Notes under the pieces: generated by a model
What the model was told of the DNA's origin: nothing
The model's database searches: none
The model's input: only the letters and a program-made list of their open reading frames with translations
IMG/VR virus record: IMGVR_UViG_3300036770_000877
Location: 40,500-104,499 of that record
Reading direction: 5' to 3' (one strand)
From: a virus
Length of the DNA stretch: 64,000 bases
Shown: one piece after another, positions 1 to 10,470 of the stretch
Layout: every line of letters begins with the position of its first letter
Position numbering within the stretch: position 1 is the first letter of the stretch
Program-made: the position numbers and the translations under genes

Positions 1-1304
1 AGTTCATTAAACTTTAAAACAAAAGCATCTGTAAATTCTGCAATTAGACGATTTAATTTCTTTTCTAAATTTCTTTGGGCTGGTCTAGCAACCTGCTCTT
101 TAAATGTCTTATCTGCATCTTTAGCTGCTGCAAGAGAGACGCCCTCTGGCAGACCCAGTTTTGATATTGGGGTTCTATGTGCAATTAAAATTTCATCTCT
201 ATTTGATTGACGATATTTGTTGAATGATGAATCTTGTACGTCCGCCTCAACAGCTTCCATCTTAAACTCAACCTTATTTCCTTCATCGTCTGCTGGAAGA
301 GGAATATAAATTGATCTATGGTTCTTGCCCTTTAGATTGGTCTGGAAGAACTCAAGCAATTTGCGTTCTGCTTCACGGCTAAGAGTTGCACCCTTTACTG
401 TAATTATATATCTTGGGACAGCTTTATTCTCAAAATAATCTAAATTAAATCTTGAAGCAAATTCATCTCCCGCTAGGGCAGTCTTTGCTGGAATAATATC
501 TGGCACACCATAGTATCCATTTGTTGGTGTGTACTTCTTAATGTGAATAACTTCATTAGGACGAGCATCGTCTCCAATTGGATTAGGTGTCGAATCATCT
601 TGAAAATTACGGAAGAATACTACCTTATTTCCGATTACCTGAACAAATCCATCTCTGTCCTTACGAACACGCATGGATGTTGCTGGAATATGTCCAACGA
701 AACCAATCTCTCCATTTACTTTTCGGCCAACTTCGATATAACCATTGCCAGTTGCTTCGAAATCTAGGTATACCTTTGTTAGTGTCTCTGTAAATGTATC
801 CTCTTGGTTCATTGACTCAAGTAGGTCGTACAGGTCTTCTCTCATCCGCTCTAACTTAGCACGGAATCTTTGTAGGCTTTCTGGAGTATCAGAAAGATCT
901 GCAATCTTTTCTTTCGTTGCACGAGTGTGCGAAAAATCATATCCCAAGCCAACAATATTTGCTGCCTTAGCATTACATGCCGCAAAGTGTGGCGATGATA
1001 CTTCGTAAATCTTAGCTAGATAATCTAGGTTGTATGGTGGAGTAATAACATCAAGGATGTCGTAACCCATAAGTATTTCTTGCTCATACTTTTTAGACCT
1101 TGCTTGTCCGTCTGCACCCTGTTGGAACTTCTGGATTAATCTTGTGTTCTTTCTTTTAAAGTTAGGAGAGAATCCACGATATTTAGATAGGTCCTCTGCC
1201 TTTACATAAAACGGATCTGACTCTTCTGCTGGTCTTTCTGTAAAGAAGTCTCCAGACAATACCGCAGATACTTCGTTTAAATTATCTTCTATTGCGTCTG
1301 ACAT
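1..1304 (-). CDS. Phage portal protein (PBSX/HK97-like), 3' end runs off the window
   Basis: Not in the ORF track. Reading the minus strand from ATG at 1304 gives MSDAIEDNL...PPYNLDYLAKIYEVSSPHFAACNAKAANIVGLGYDF...YYGVPDIIPA...YFENKAVPRY, typical portal motifs. Confidence 0.85.
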   Translation of the reverse strand, partial: MSDAIEDNLNEVSAVLSGDFFTERPAEESDPFYVKAEDLSKYRGFSPNFKRKNTRLIQKFQQGADGQARSKKYEQEILMGYDILDVITPPYNLDYLAKIYEVSSPHFAACNAKAANIVGLGYDFSHTRATKEKIADLSDTPESLQRFRAKLERMREDLYDLLESMNQEDTFTETLTKVYLDFEATGNGYIEVGRKVNGEIGFVGHIPATSMRVRKDRDGFVQVIGNKVVFFRNFQDDSTPNPIGDDARPNEVIHIKKYTPTNGYYGVPDIIPAKTALAGDEFASRFNLDYFENKAVPRYIITVKGATLSREAERKLLEFFQTNLKGKNHRSIYIPLPADDEGNKVEFKMEAVEADVQDSSFNKYRQSNRDEILIAHRTPISKLGLPEGVSLAAAKDADKTFKEQVARPAQRNLEKKLNRLIAEFTDAFVLKFNE

Positions 1305-1633
1305 TAGTCGTTCCTCAAATTCTTTAGGCTATCTTTGTACTCACCAATATCCAGTGGATCTGGTGTTAGTCCCCACTTCAACCTCTGTTGCTGTTCTTCA
1401 TACTCTTCATCGTTAATCTTTCTTTGTCCCGACAAAAATACTGCTTGGCCTGTTTGAATGCCATAACCTTTGATAGCTTCGGTAAGAGCGTTAATTCTAT
1501 TTTGGTCTCCCTTAAATGCAGAAACTGATAAATAGTTTCCATTATCATCGCCTACCCAGCGTCCGTCTGGCATTTGCCACACATAAACCCCTAATCGGGT
1601 TTCTTCAACAATAGATGTTTTAATTGATTTCAT
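1304..1633 (-). CDS. Hypothetical phage protein upstream of portal
   Basis: 109 aa ORF, TAATG coupling to portal, leaderless after a GGTATCAT -10 element. Confidence 0.75.
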   Translation of the reverse strand: MKSIKTSIVEETRLGVYVWQMPDGRWVGDDNGNYLSVSAFKGDQNRINALTEAIKGYGIQTGQAVFLSGQRKINDEEYEEQQQRLKWGLTPDPLDIGEYKDSLKNLRND

Positions 1634-1693
1634 ATAGTAATGATACCATCTTTTATTGCAAATAGCCAGAGTTTGTAATAGAATATGCCAAAA

Positions 1694-4138
1694 CTATGCT
1701 CTTTGCCAGGCAACTAGGTACGGAGTAAGGCCATAATCAATTATATTAAACGCAATTTGTTCCTCGCCCAAGCTTTCTTGGGGAGACCCTACAAGAACCT
1801 CATACTCTGTTTCGGCATCAAACTGATCTAGGGTATATGCGGCCATAGCAAATAAGCCAAGAGTAATGTCCGTCTGATTTGCTCCCGCATCATCTGAACC
1901 CACATATATATTAGATCCAGCATTAATCTTTGAAGTCGACGTTAATACAACATGTACCCAATCGTTTATCATAGCTTGATTGTTAAATGATTCTTGTCCA
2001 TTTACATACATCTTAGAAAATCCTGAATGCTGCCAAGAAGTCCCGTCCCAGTATAAAGATTTTGAGCCAGACTCCAAAATGTACGTATTTGCCACTAAAG
2101 GTACATTTATCTTAAATACCATGGAAATAGACTTAGTTCCGTTAAATCCTCCAGAATCATAATTACTTGATTGAGACGGGATTGTTAAATATGAATCTCC
2201 AGATAATCTAATACCAGACTGATCTAGTCTATCTAATACTTCGACATCATCATCAAATATAATCGCATCATCGATATTTACTATTGTTGCAGATTCATTT
2301 GTATTATCTGAAACCACCCGCTTCATTCCTTGGGTATATGCATATAGACCAATGTTTGACAAGATTGGCAGATCGTCTTCGGAGTCATTAGTAAATAATG
2401 TAGCTTTTATATTATATTCCGTTACCTGATTTGCAGGGTTATCTACCAGAGTAGGCATAGAAGCCATTCTAGGCCATTGTAAGCCGTTATTATAGGTAAC
2501 TGATACATTTGATGAGGAAGTTGTATAAAAGGCCAGAGAACCGCTGTAATCGACAGCAGGCAATGTTATAAGGCCTTCTATCTTTCCATATTGAGACCAT
2601 TTAAGATTGTTATTCATCTTGAGAATGAATGTTGCTTCTTCATTATATAATGTGTAATCAGTTAAGCTTTCATTCTGAATTCCTGATTTAATTGCTATCC
2701 AAGTTACTGGACATACGGCATATAGGTCATTTACTTTTCCTACATATAAATCTGTTATTGTTTGCAAGTAGTCTACGGATGTAAATATGCTTGATCCATT
2801 TAGGTATACATTAAGAGAGCCTACTTTATTTTCTATTAGGATCTCATTCCATCCCGCCGCAGGGCTTGTTGTAGTTGTAGTATCAATACCGTTTAGACTA
2901 AAAACAAAATCATCTGAGGCATCTACTCTAATATTAAAACTCTGGCTTGACTGAAAATTATACATCGATACTAGACCTTTTTCTGGTGCTAGTGGATTAT
3001 GATAAAAGCTTAGAGATACTGCTGTACCACTTTCTGCCAATCTTATAACTGTTGATAAATCAAGGTAGGCCCCAGCCCCCAGGGACAAGCAGTTTCTGGC
3101 ATCTACTACAGAATGAGTTTCAGTACCACCAGATACCGTAGCGTGTGATATGTATCTTAAAGATACTTGATTATTTGAATTAACAAGAGCGTTATCAAAA
3201 TCAAATCCTGTCCAATTATTGGCGAACTTATAGGCTAGCAGGCAGTCTTTATTACTTGGTTCATAGTAAACCTGAGAGTTTGCATTATAGTATCTGTCTT
3301 TAAGAATTGTTTTTCTTGATAAGTTCATGTGCTCTGCTGCACGAACATAATCTAATACATATCCATATAGAGCAACTGCGTCAACTGTTATGTCGTAATT
3401 ATCAGATCCATAAGTTCTCATGGCTCCTGGGTTTTGGCTAAACTGAAATATTTCAGATAAATCTGCAGATGATTTTGTTGATACATTTACTCCATTTACA
3501 ATTAAAGATATTCCATTAGATGAATAGTTGGCAACAATGTGATATCTCCTCTTCCAGTCTGGAACCTGATAAGAAACATAATAATTTATTAGTGGGTCTG
3601 GCCTAAAATAAATCTTGTTCTTATAAACATAAACTCCATAAGGAGCTAATACTGTTGCATTTAATATTTGATCATATGTCTCAAATGCAGCTAAGACATC
3701 TGAGTATGTGTCGTAGTCGTCAATTAAATCTGTATATGTCTGTATCAAAGAGTTTTCTGATGTTTGTAAGCTGGCTTTGTTTCCAAACAATACAATTTCT
3801 TCAGAGATAGAAAGAGAGTCTTCATTTAATTTAAAATAAAGCTCTACGCTAAATGATTGATTGCTTTTTCCTTTTGTCCATAGGCTACCGTCAATCCATG
3901 ACTGTCCCGACCCTGAAGCACCTGGTATTGGATAATAAATGCTAGCAGTAGAATCTGTTAGCCTAGTACCATAAATACCATTGGCTACCAATGGTATTGC
4001 TTCATCGAATATCGATCCAGTATATGCGCCATTAGAACCACTGCCTGTGGCCTCTCTAGCTATACCAGTCGTAACGTCGTCATCTAAAGGCCAAAAAGAC
4101 AGCGGGTTCTGAGATATAATTACTTCTCTGTAACCCAT
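1694..4138 (-). CDS. Virion structural protein with LamG/ConA-like domains
   Basis: 814 aa, N-terminal PLSFWPLDD and FSVELYF/WVHVVLT LamG-like strands. Confidence 0.65.
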   Translation of the reverse strand: MGYREVIISQNPLSFWPLDDDVTTGIAREATGSGSNGAYTGSIFDEAIPLVANGIYGTRLTDSTASIYYPIPGASGSGQSWIDGSLWTKGKSNQSFSVELYFKLNEDSLSISEEIVLFGNKASLQTSENSLIQTYTDLIDDYDTYSDVLAAFETYDQILNATVLAPYGVYVYKNKIYFRPDPLINYYVSYQVPDWKRRYHIVANYSSNGISLIVNGVNVSTKSSADLSEIFQFSQNPGAMRTYGSDNYDITVDAVALYGYVLDYVRAAEHMNLSRKTILKDRYYNANSQVYYEPSNKDCLLAYKFANNWTGFDFDNALVNSNNQVSLRYISHATVSGGTETHSVVDARNCLSLGAGAYLDLSTVIRLAESGTAVSLSFYHNPLAPEKGLVSMYNFQSSQSFNIRVDASDDFVFSLNGIDTTTTTSPAAGWNEILIENKVGSLNVYLNGSSIFTSVDYLQTITDLYVGKVNDLYAVCPVTWIAIKSGIQNESLTDYTLYNEEATFILKMNNNLKWSQYGKIEGLITLPAVDYSGSLAFYTTSSSNVSVTYNNGLQWPRMASMPTLVDNPANQVTEYNIKATLFTNDSEDDLPILSNIGLYAYTQGMKRVVSDNTNESATIVNIDDAIIFDDDVEVLDRLDQSGIRLSGDSYLTIPSQSSNYDSGGFNGTKSISMVFKINVPLVANTYILESGSKSLYWDGTSWQHSGFSKMYVNGQESFNNQAMINDWVHVVLTSTSKINAGSNIYVGSDDAGANQTDITLGLFAMAAYTLDQFDAETEYEVLVGSPQESLGEEQIAFNIIDYGLTPYLVAWQRA

Positions 4139-4152
4139 AATATTCCCTACTA

Positions 4153-4356
4153 CTAAGCTAGAACAGCTGTTATTTGAGCTTGCTTTTCTGCAATTGAAGC
4201 ATTGAGCTCAGCAATCTTATCTGAGTCAGGAGATGTCTTTGCATTTTCTGCAATTTTTTCTACCTCAAGTGCGTACATCTGGTATTCAAGACTTCTTGCA
4301 GCCGCCTCTTGGATAGCTGTTTTTTCGTCTTCAGTTAGTTTTGTGTATGTTGGCAT
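4153..4356 (-). CDS. Small coiled-coil hypothetical protein
   Basis: AGGAGG RBS, upstream TGATATAAT promoter. Confidence 0.7.
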   Translation of the reverse strand: MPTYTKLTEDEKTAIQEAAARSLEYQMYALEVEKIAENAKTSPDSDKIAELNASIAEKQAQITAVLA

Positions 4357-4386
4357 TTTTCCTCCTTTCCAAATTATATCAGTATA

Positions 4387-4566
4387 TTATAAATCTGACA
4401 ATAGGTCTTGGCACACCTGCTTTTTTAATATAGCATCGTCCAATATTAACCTATTTGATTCTTTATCAGGGCCAACCTCATCTGCATATGGGGTAAGCCT
4501 TTCTATTAAATCTTCTAGTCTCTGTATTTCAGATAACAAGAATTCTGTTTTATCGCTTATGTTCAT
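4387..4566 (-). CDS. Hypothetical protein
   Basis: TAATG coupling with the upstream gene. Confidence 0.55.
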   Translation of the reverse strand: MNISDKTEFLLSEIQRLEDLIERLTPYADEVGPDKESNRLILDDAILKKQVCQDLLSDL

Positions 4567-6602
4567 TATAGCCACGCAGTATAACTTGAGTAGGAAGAGT
4601 TTCCTGCAGAGTTAGTTGCTCTTGCCCTCCATCTAGCATAAGAATAAGTTGAGCTATTTCTTGTAACTGTTTTTGTTCCGCTTCCGCTTACGCTACCAGA
4701 AGCAGAAGCTTCAACGGTAGAGGTATTGGAATCAGAAAGTTGTAGATCCCAGTCATAACCAGTTGGTGTTCCACCAGAACCCTGGTTAATTGTAAGAGTC
4801 CAAGTATAGTATCCGTTTATGTATCCATCATAATTATTTGACACCGACGGTACCCCAGGAGTTGTAACTGCAGATGTTGTAGATGCAGTAGCTGGACCAG
4901 ACCAAGCGGAAGTTCCCCCTGGACCAACTGATCTAACCCAAACATACCATGTTGTTCCAGATGCTAAACCACTAATTGTTTTAGATGTACCAGTTTGATT
5001 AAAATCTACATAACTTCCTGGATTATAGTTGGTGCTATTATAGTAAATATCATATGAAGTAGTATTAGCCATTGCATTCCAAGATGCCGTTATTGAAGAT
5101 GTTCCTCCAGAAGATGCACTTAGTCCAGTAGGAGCGCTTGGTGCTGGTACTGGATATGTTCCAGAACTTGTTCCAGTTCCGCTAGTAGCATCAGACAAAC
5201 TAAGGCTACTTGATCCAGATAGTGTTCCAGCTAACGAGGCCCCCGTTGTATAAGCAGTAACTGAAGAAACAGATATATTAGTTCCAGCAAGTGTCAGGGA
5301 GTTTCCATTCACCTGTTGACTTCCAGAAGATCCATCTGCAACATAACTAACAATATAATAAGAAGCTCCACTAGAACTTGTCCAAGATATCGTTGCCTGC
5401 TTATTTGTATTTACTGCATAAACTCCTACAGAGTAACTGCTACCTGGTGTTGCTCCCCAGTTATCATTTGTAACATATCTAGCATTAGATCTGTATCCTT
5501 CTGAACCGCCGCTGATATAAGAAAAATAATAACTAGCATTAGATGTAGCATTCCAGGTATAACTAACGTTGTTTGAGGCAAATGTTAGTCCAGAAACTGA
5601 TGGTGTACCAGGAGTTGCTGTAGCATTTGATATGCTATAAGTAAAAGCACTTAATGTTGTAATTGTTGCAGTTGAGCTATAAGTATATCCAGATCTTTTA
5701 TCTGAAGTTGCTACAGAATACTGTACTGCGTAACCTTGATAATTTGTCGATCTTGGTGCAATTGTATAAAAAGTTGTAGACGAGTTAGCGTTGGTATAAA
5801 TTTCCGTTATTGTTTGACCAACTGAATACCCAGATGCCGAAACAGTTTTCCAAGGGGATCCCGATCCAAAAGTACCAACCCAAATTTCATATGAAGAAGC
5901 TCCAGCTACATGCTGCCACTGAATAATAACCTGCCTGTTTGAATTAACAGATCTAATACCTACTTGAACATTTCCAGCCGTACCAGTTCCAGAATATGTT
6001 CTATTTATTTGATCAAAGCTAGATATAGAACCGTTAGTTGTAGTATATTCATAAGCGGTTGTATTTGCGGTTGCTGACCATGATCCAGAGTAGGTACCCG
6101 TCCCAGTACTAATGCTTACAGAACTTGGAGAGCTTGGTGTAATTGTATAATCATAAACTGTTGCGGATGCAAGATATGGCAACTCTATAACTGATGTAGA
6201 AACTGTAATAGGTGTTTGACCTCTACTGTTTGTTGCTGTTATGGTTACTGAAATAACTGTTTCAACATCATCTGATGTAGTTGTATACGTTTGAGATGTT
6301 GCACCAGATATATTTGCGCCATTTCTTTTCCATTGATAAGAGTATGAAGTTGGATTATATGCATCTTCATTTCTCCAAGTACCGCTACTAATTGAATAAG
6401 TTGATCCTAGTCTTCCTATAGAACCAACTGTAGCCACTATAGATGGGTATACAATTATGGATGGGTATTCTGGATAATTAATCTTCCATGAAGATCCATT
6501 CCAAATCCATCCTCTTACGGCTTTTTTAAATGTAGAATTGTTATAAACATTTAATTTTATTGCTTGCTTAAAATCTGAACCATTGTATATTTTTAAAGCC
6601 AT
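4566..6602 (-). CDS. Tail fibre/adhesin with Ig-like and fibronectin type III domains
   Basis: YSYQWKRNG Ig motif; APTGLSA...SITASWNA...TISGLASGTTWYVWVRSV Fn3 motif; S/T-rich. Confidence 0.75.
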   Translation of the reverse strand: MALKIYNGSDFKQAIKLNVYNNSTFKKAVRGWIWNGSSWKINYPEYPSIIVYPSIVATVGSIGRLGSTYSISSGTWRNEDAYNPTSYSYQWKRNGANISGATSQTYTTTSDDVETVISVTITATNSRGQTPITVSTSVIELPYLASATVYDYTITPSSPSSVSISTGTGTYSGSWSATANTTAYEYTTTNGSISSFDQINRTYSGTGTAGNVQVGIRSVNSNRQVIIQWQHVAGASSYEIWVGTFGSGSPWKTVSASGYSVGQTITEIYTNANSSTTFYTIAPRSTNYQGYAVQYSVATSDKRSGYTYSSTATITTLSAFTYSISNATATPGTPSVSGLTFASNNVSYTWNATSNASYYFSYISGGSEGYRSNARYVTNDNWGATPGSSYSVGVYAVNTNKQATISWTSSSGASYYIVSYVADGSSGSQQVNGNSLTLAGTNISVSSVTAYTTGASLAGTLSGSSSLSLSDATSGTGTSSGTYPVPAPSAPTGLSASSGGTSSITASWNAMANTTSYDIYYNSTNYNPGSYVDFNQTGTSKTISGLASGTTWYVWVRSVGPGGTSAWSGPATASTTSAVTTPGVPSVSNNYDGYINGYYTWTLTINQGSGGTPTGYDWDLQLSDSNTSTVEASASGSVSGSGTKTVTRNSSTYSYARWRARATNSAGNSSYSSYTAWL

Positions 6603-6604
6603 GG

Positions 6605-8500
6605 TTAAGCCTCATGCTGTATATATATGTCGCCAGCAACTAGATTAGAAACTGGTTGTGTTCCACTGCTATTATAATAAACCTTATTAGCATTTCCAGG
6701 TGTTGTACCATTAGAGTATGCTGATGTTGTTATTTGTGCCCATGAAGCCGTGGTGCCATTTGTTGTAAGAAAATAACCAGAAAATCCAGATTGAGAAGGA
6801 AGATCACTTACCGTAGTAGATCCACCCAAAGTAACGTTAGTTCCATTAATTGTTATGTAGTTATATTCTAGTTCGCTATTTAATACACTTGCTGTGCTTG
6901 TCAATATACCCGATGAATTTGTTTTTACAAATCCAGATATTACAAGCGGGGTTGTTATTGAACCAGTAAATATTGGAGATTCTGATGGAGCACGAGTATC
7001 TATTTGATCTTGTAAGTTGCTTTTAGCATTATCTAGATATGATATCTCTGTATCGGTAATATTTGCTACCGCATTTTGTAATTTTACCCATGTGCCACCG
7101 TGGGCAAAACTCATAGTCCCATCTTGATGAGAGTGTGCTAGTGCACCATGATATGTTGAAGCACTTGGAAACTCTGTCTGATTGTTGTAATAAAAAGGAA
7201 TTATATTTGAAACAGCTGGTGCTGTAATTGCCCCTGTATCAGATATAGTTACAAGAGAGTCTTGTAAAAGCTTACCAGTTGTAGCATCAAATCTTACTAT
7301 TGCGTTATCTGTTGAAGAAGCTGGACCTACTACATCTCCTAAACCGCCGCCTGTTGATGTTACCGTTGCCCATGAAACGCTTGTTCCATCTGTAGTTAAA
7401 TACTTACCAGAATTTCCTGTTTGTGATGGATAAACTCCGCTTAATGTTGCTCCAGTAAAATTAACACTTCCAGTAAATGTTGGGGAAGCTAGTGGTGCCT
7501 TTAAGTCTAAAGCAGACTGAGTAGCGGTAGATATTGGCTTGTTAGCATCTGATGTATTATCGACATTTGCTAACCCAACCATTCCTTTTGTAATACCAGA
7601 TACCGTTCCTGTAAATGTTGGATTATTTAATGGGGCTTTTGCTGCCAAAGAGTTTGTTACGGTTGTGGCAAATGATGCGTCTCCGCCTAATGCGTCTGAT
7701 AATTCTTTTAATGTATCTAGGGCTGCTGGAGCAGAGTTTACAAGATTGGATATTGCTGTATCTGTATATATGTTTGCTGCTGATTGTGCTGCCGCCGCAG
7801 ATCCATCTGCGTCATACAGAATGTCTGCTTCTGATTGTGTTAAATATTGTGGATGTGGGTCTGCTGCTGCTAGGTGTCCAGAAAGATCTCCACCAGTAGC
7901 ACTAATTGTAATTGTGTCTGTAAGTGGATCTGTTGTAATTGTAACATTGCTTCCAGCGGTAAGATTAAGAGTGTCAACTGTAGAGTCTGCAGATACTGTA
8001 GTCTGACCTGAAACTGCTATGTTAGAAAATGTATTTGGAACTACTGTTCCTACTGCTGCAACGTTTGCCCATTTGGTTCCTGTTGCAGTTGTGGAGTCGG
8101 AAACCAAAACATAATCGTTGGTTCCTGGAGTAATAATAGAAACACCGCCAGCGGTACCAATTGGGATAGCTCCCTTTACTCCGCTAATTGCTGATGTATT
8201 TAAATAATCTGTATGGACATGTGATAACCCTGAATAAAGGGTGTCATGTGTATGTGTATTTTGAGAATATCCTGCAAGGTCTGACGTCTCTAGGTATTCT
8301 GTATGGGTATGTGTTGTATTTGCATAAACCCCCTCATGTGTGTGAGTGGTTGTAGCGTAAACGCCATTATGAGTGTGGGTAGTCTGTGAATAATTATTTA
8401 AACTAGTATCTACTGCTTGTGCGAGTAATTGAATGTCCTGTGGGACATTTGGGTCATCAGACGAGGTGGGATATGGGAATCCCTTACTGGTATTTGGCAT
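6605..8500 (-). CDS. Tail fibre protein
   Basis: HxH repeats (THTH), APAALDTLKELSDAL and KAPLASPTFTG fibre motifs. Confidence 0.8.
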   Translation of the reverse strand: MPNTSKGFPYPTSSDDPNVPQDIQLLAQAVDTSLNNYSQTTHTHNGVYATTTHTHEGVYANTTHTHTEYLETSDLAGYSQNTHTHDTLYSGLSHVHTDYLNTSAISGVKGAIPIGTAGGVSIITPGTNDYVLVSDSTTATGTKWANVAAVGTVVPNTFSNIAVSGQTTVSADSTVDTLNLTAGSNVTITTDPLTDTITISATGGDLSGHLAAADPHPQYLTQSEADILYDADGSAAAAQSAANIYTDTAISNLVNSAPAALDTLKELSDALGGDASFATTVTNSLAAKAPLNNPTFTGTVSGITKGMVGLANVDNTSDANKPISTATQSALDLKAPLASPTFTGSVNFTGATLSGVYPSQTGNSGKYLTTDGTSVSWATVTSTGGGLGDVVGPASSTDNAIVRFDATTGKLLQDSLVTISDTGAITAPAVSNIIPFYYNNQTEFPSASTYHGALAHSHQDGTMSFAHGGTWVKLQNAVANITDTEISYLDNAKSNLQDQIDTRAPSESPIFTGSITTPLVISGFVKTNSSGILTSTASVLNSELEYNYITINGTNVTLGGSTTVSDLPSQSGFSGYFLTTNGTTASWAQITTSAYSNGTTPGNANKVYYNSSGTQPVSNLVAGDIYIQHEA

Positions 8501-8542
8501 TTATTCTCCTTGGTCTATTATACCAATTATAAGTGCTAAAGG

Positions 8543-10081
8543 CTAAGAAAAGCTTATTGTTCCTGAACCAGACGTAAATGATGTTACTTTATATCCAGCA
8601 ACTGCTGTAGATGTTGAATATGCTAATCCAGCAGAGACATTTATTGTCTTATCATTTGGATATTTAACAATCACTATACCAGAACCACCATTTCTACCAT
8701 AGTTAGTTGTATCTGTTCCTCCGCCGCCACCAGAACCAGTATTAGATGATGCAGCTGTAGCAGTAGTACCTTCTTGCTGACCACCGCCTTGTCCTGCTCC
8801 AGCACCTCCAGGAGCTCCACCTCCTACGTGTCCACCTCCACCACCGCCTGCTGCGTATACTACAGATGATCCAGTAATTGTTGAAGTAAACCCACTTCCT
8901 CCAGCACCTCCACGAGCAGCGCTAGTTCCATTTAATCCTGCGCTACCTTTACCACCTCCACCGCCTGCTCCTGCTGCGCTTCCTATATAACCAGCTCCTC
9001 CAGAATTACCTTGACCAGATGTTCCAGCACCTCCAGAAGACCCCTGACATCCCGCACCACCACCTGAACCACCAGGTCTACCATTGTTATCGTGTGGACC
9101 TCCTCCACCACCACCAACTGTTGTTAAATTATGAAATACTGAACTCTCTCCGTCTGTTCCATAACCAATCGACCCAGTTCTACCAAGGCCTCCAGATCCA
9201 ACTGTTACTGTGTAAGACAATGAAGGTGTAATAGATGTTGATCCAGAAAGAAGACCTCCAGCTCCACCGCCTCCGCCGCCTTCTCTATATGCTCCATTAC
9301 CCAATCCTCCTCCACCTCCACCTGCAACAACAAGATAATCTGTTGTAAATGGTTGTGGAACTATAGAGGTAATGCTAAATGTTCTTGATGTAGGTTGGTT
9401 CGACCCATCACTTGCATTAAGAGTAAATGTATATGTCGTATCTGAAGAAATGTCTGGCAATGTTCCAGATATAACTCCTGTTGATGAATTTAACGTTATT
9501 CCAGAAGGTAAGGTAGAGCCACTTGCTAGAGAATAGGTAATACTATTATTTTCTTCATCAGAAGCTGCGACTGAAACAGATATTGATGTTTGTTCATAAA
9601 ATGCACCTAAAGAACCACTTGATGTTGTCCAAATTGGTGAATCATTAACAGTAACTATATCATAGTAAACTCCATAAAGATTTGATGGATTTGTAACCTT
9701 AATATCATAGGGTTCTTTATCTTTTGATAACGGTCCAAACTGGGCCTGTATTAACTGTGTGTTTGATACAGTTGTAGTAGTTGCAACATATTCCGTTCCG
9801 TCATTTCCTACCAAAGTTGCAACTGCTCCAGTAGCAAAAGCAGTTCCTGTTATGTTTAATGAGTTAACAGAATTTGTTTCAAGAACTGAGCCAGTGTACC
9901 CTACAACCCCTGGAGTTTCTGCAATTATATTTTGCCAACCATAAGTGGGCCCTGTATAAAGCTCAAGTCTTTGAAGCTCACCATTTGAATATAATTTTCC
10001 AACCCCTGGATTTGCTGGACGACCAGCTGTATTACCATAGGGAATTCCTCCACCAGTAATATCTGAGAATTTAATTGTCAT
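8543..10081 (-). CDS. Virion protein: IPT/Ig (He_PIG-like) domains plus Gly-rich C-terminal domain
   Basis: LPSGITLNSSTGVISGT motif; YLVVAGGGGGG...GGSGIVIVKY; start moved to the ATGA overlap. Confidence 0.7.
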   Translation of the reverse strand: MTIKFSDITGGGIPYGNTAGRPANPGVGKLYSNGELQRLELYTGPTYGWQNIIAETPGVVGYTGSVLETNSVNSLNITGTAFATGAVATLVGNDGTEYVATTTTVSNTQLIQAQFGPLSKDKEPYDIKVTNPSNLYGVYYDIVTVNDSPIWTTSSGSLGAFYEQTSISVSVAASDEENNSITYSLASGSTLPSGITLNSSTGVISGTLPDISSDTTYTFTLNASDGSNQPTSRTFSITSIVPQPFTTDYLVVAGGGGGGLGNGAYREGGGGGGAGGLLSGSTSITPSLSYTVTVGSGGLGRTGSIGYGTDGESSVFHNLTTVGGGGGGPHDNNGRPGGSGGGAGCQGSSGGAGTSGQGNSGGAGYIGSAAGAGGGGGKGSAGLNGTSAARGGAGGSGFTSTITGSSVVYAAGGGGGGHVGGGAPGGAGAGQGGGQQEGTTATAASSNTGSGGGGGTDTTNYGRNGGSGIVIVKYPNDKTINVSAGLAYSTSTAVAGYKVTSFTSGSGTISFS

Positions 10082-10470
10082 CCTAGTCTCCATCCAAGAG
10101 TCGAACCAGTATATATTAATACCGCCGCTGCTTTATCTACGTCAATTATAGCATTTTCTGCTACCCCGTTAATATTTTTATTATTACGGTTAATAGTAAT
10201 GTTATGTGTTCCCGCCGTTCCAGATGCATCAAAGATCTGAACTTCGTCTCCTAAAGAAGGGTTTAATGGAAGTGTAATAATTCTTTCAGATGAAGTGTCT
10301 ACAAAGTAGCGATAACCAACCTGGGCGGTTATATTAGAGGCTACGGTTGCAGAAACTTCTTTCTTTCTTTGAATAAGATCTGCTTGTGTTACATAATCTG
10401 GCGGAATAGCAGCCATTATACCTACATTTACCCATTCAGTTCCGCTCCACACTTTAATTGTTTTAGCCAT
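10078..10470 (-). CDS. Small tail fibre-associated protein
   Basis: ITLPLNPSLGDEVQIFDA motif, shared with the C-terminus of 13852..15720. Confidence 0.65.
   Translation of the reverse strand: MAKTIKVWSGTEWVNVGIMAAIPPDYVTQADLIQRKKEVSATVASNITAQVGYRYFVDTSSERIITLPLNPSLGDEVQIFDASGTAGTHNITINRNNKNINGVAENAIIDVDKAAAVLIYTGSTLGWRLG

Noticed and set aside
543-1008. Plus-strand ORFs here and similar shadow ORFs (e.g. 7539, 26299, 40482, 41507, 57172, 59609)
   Set aside because: Antisense to well-supported genes or across regulatory spacers; no RBS or recognisable motifs
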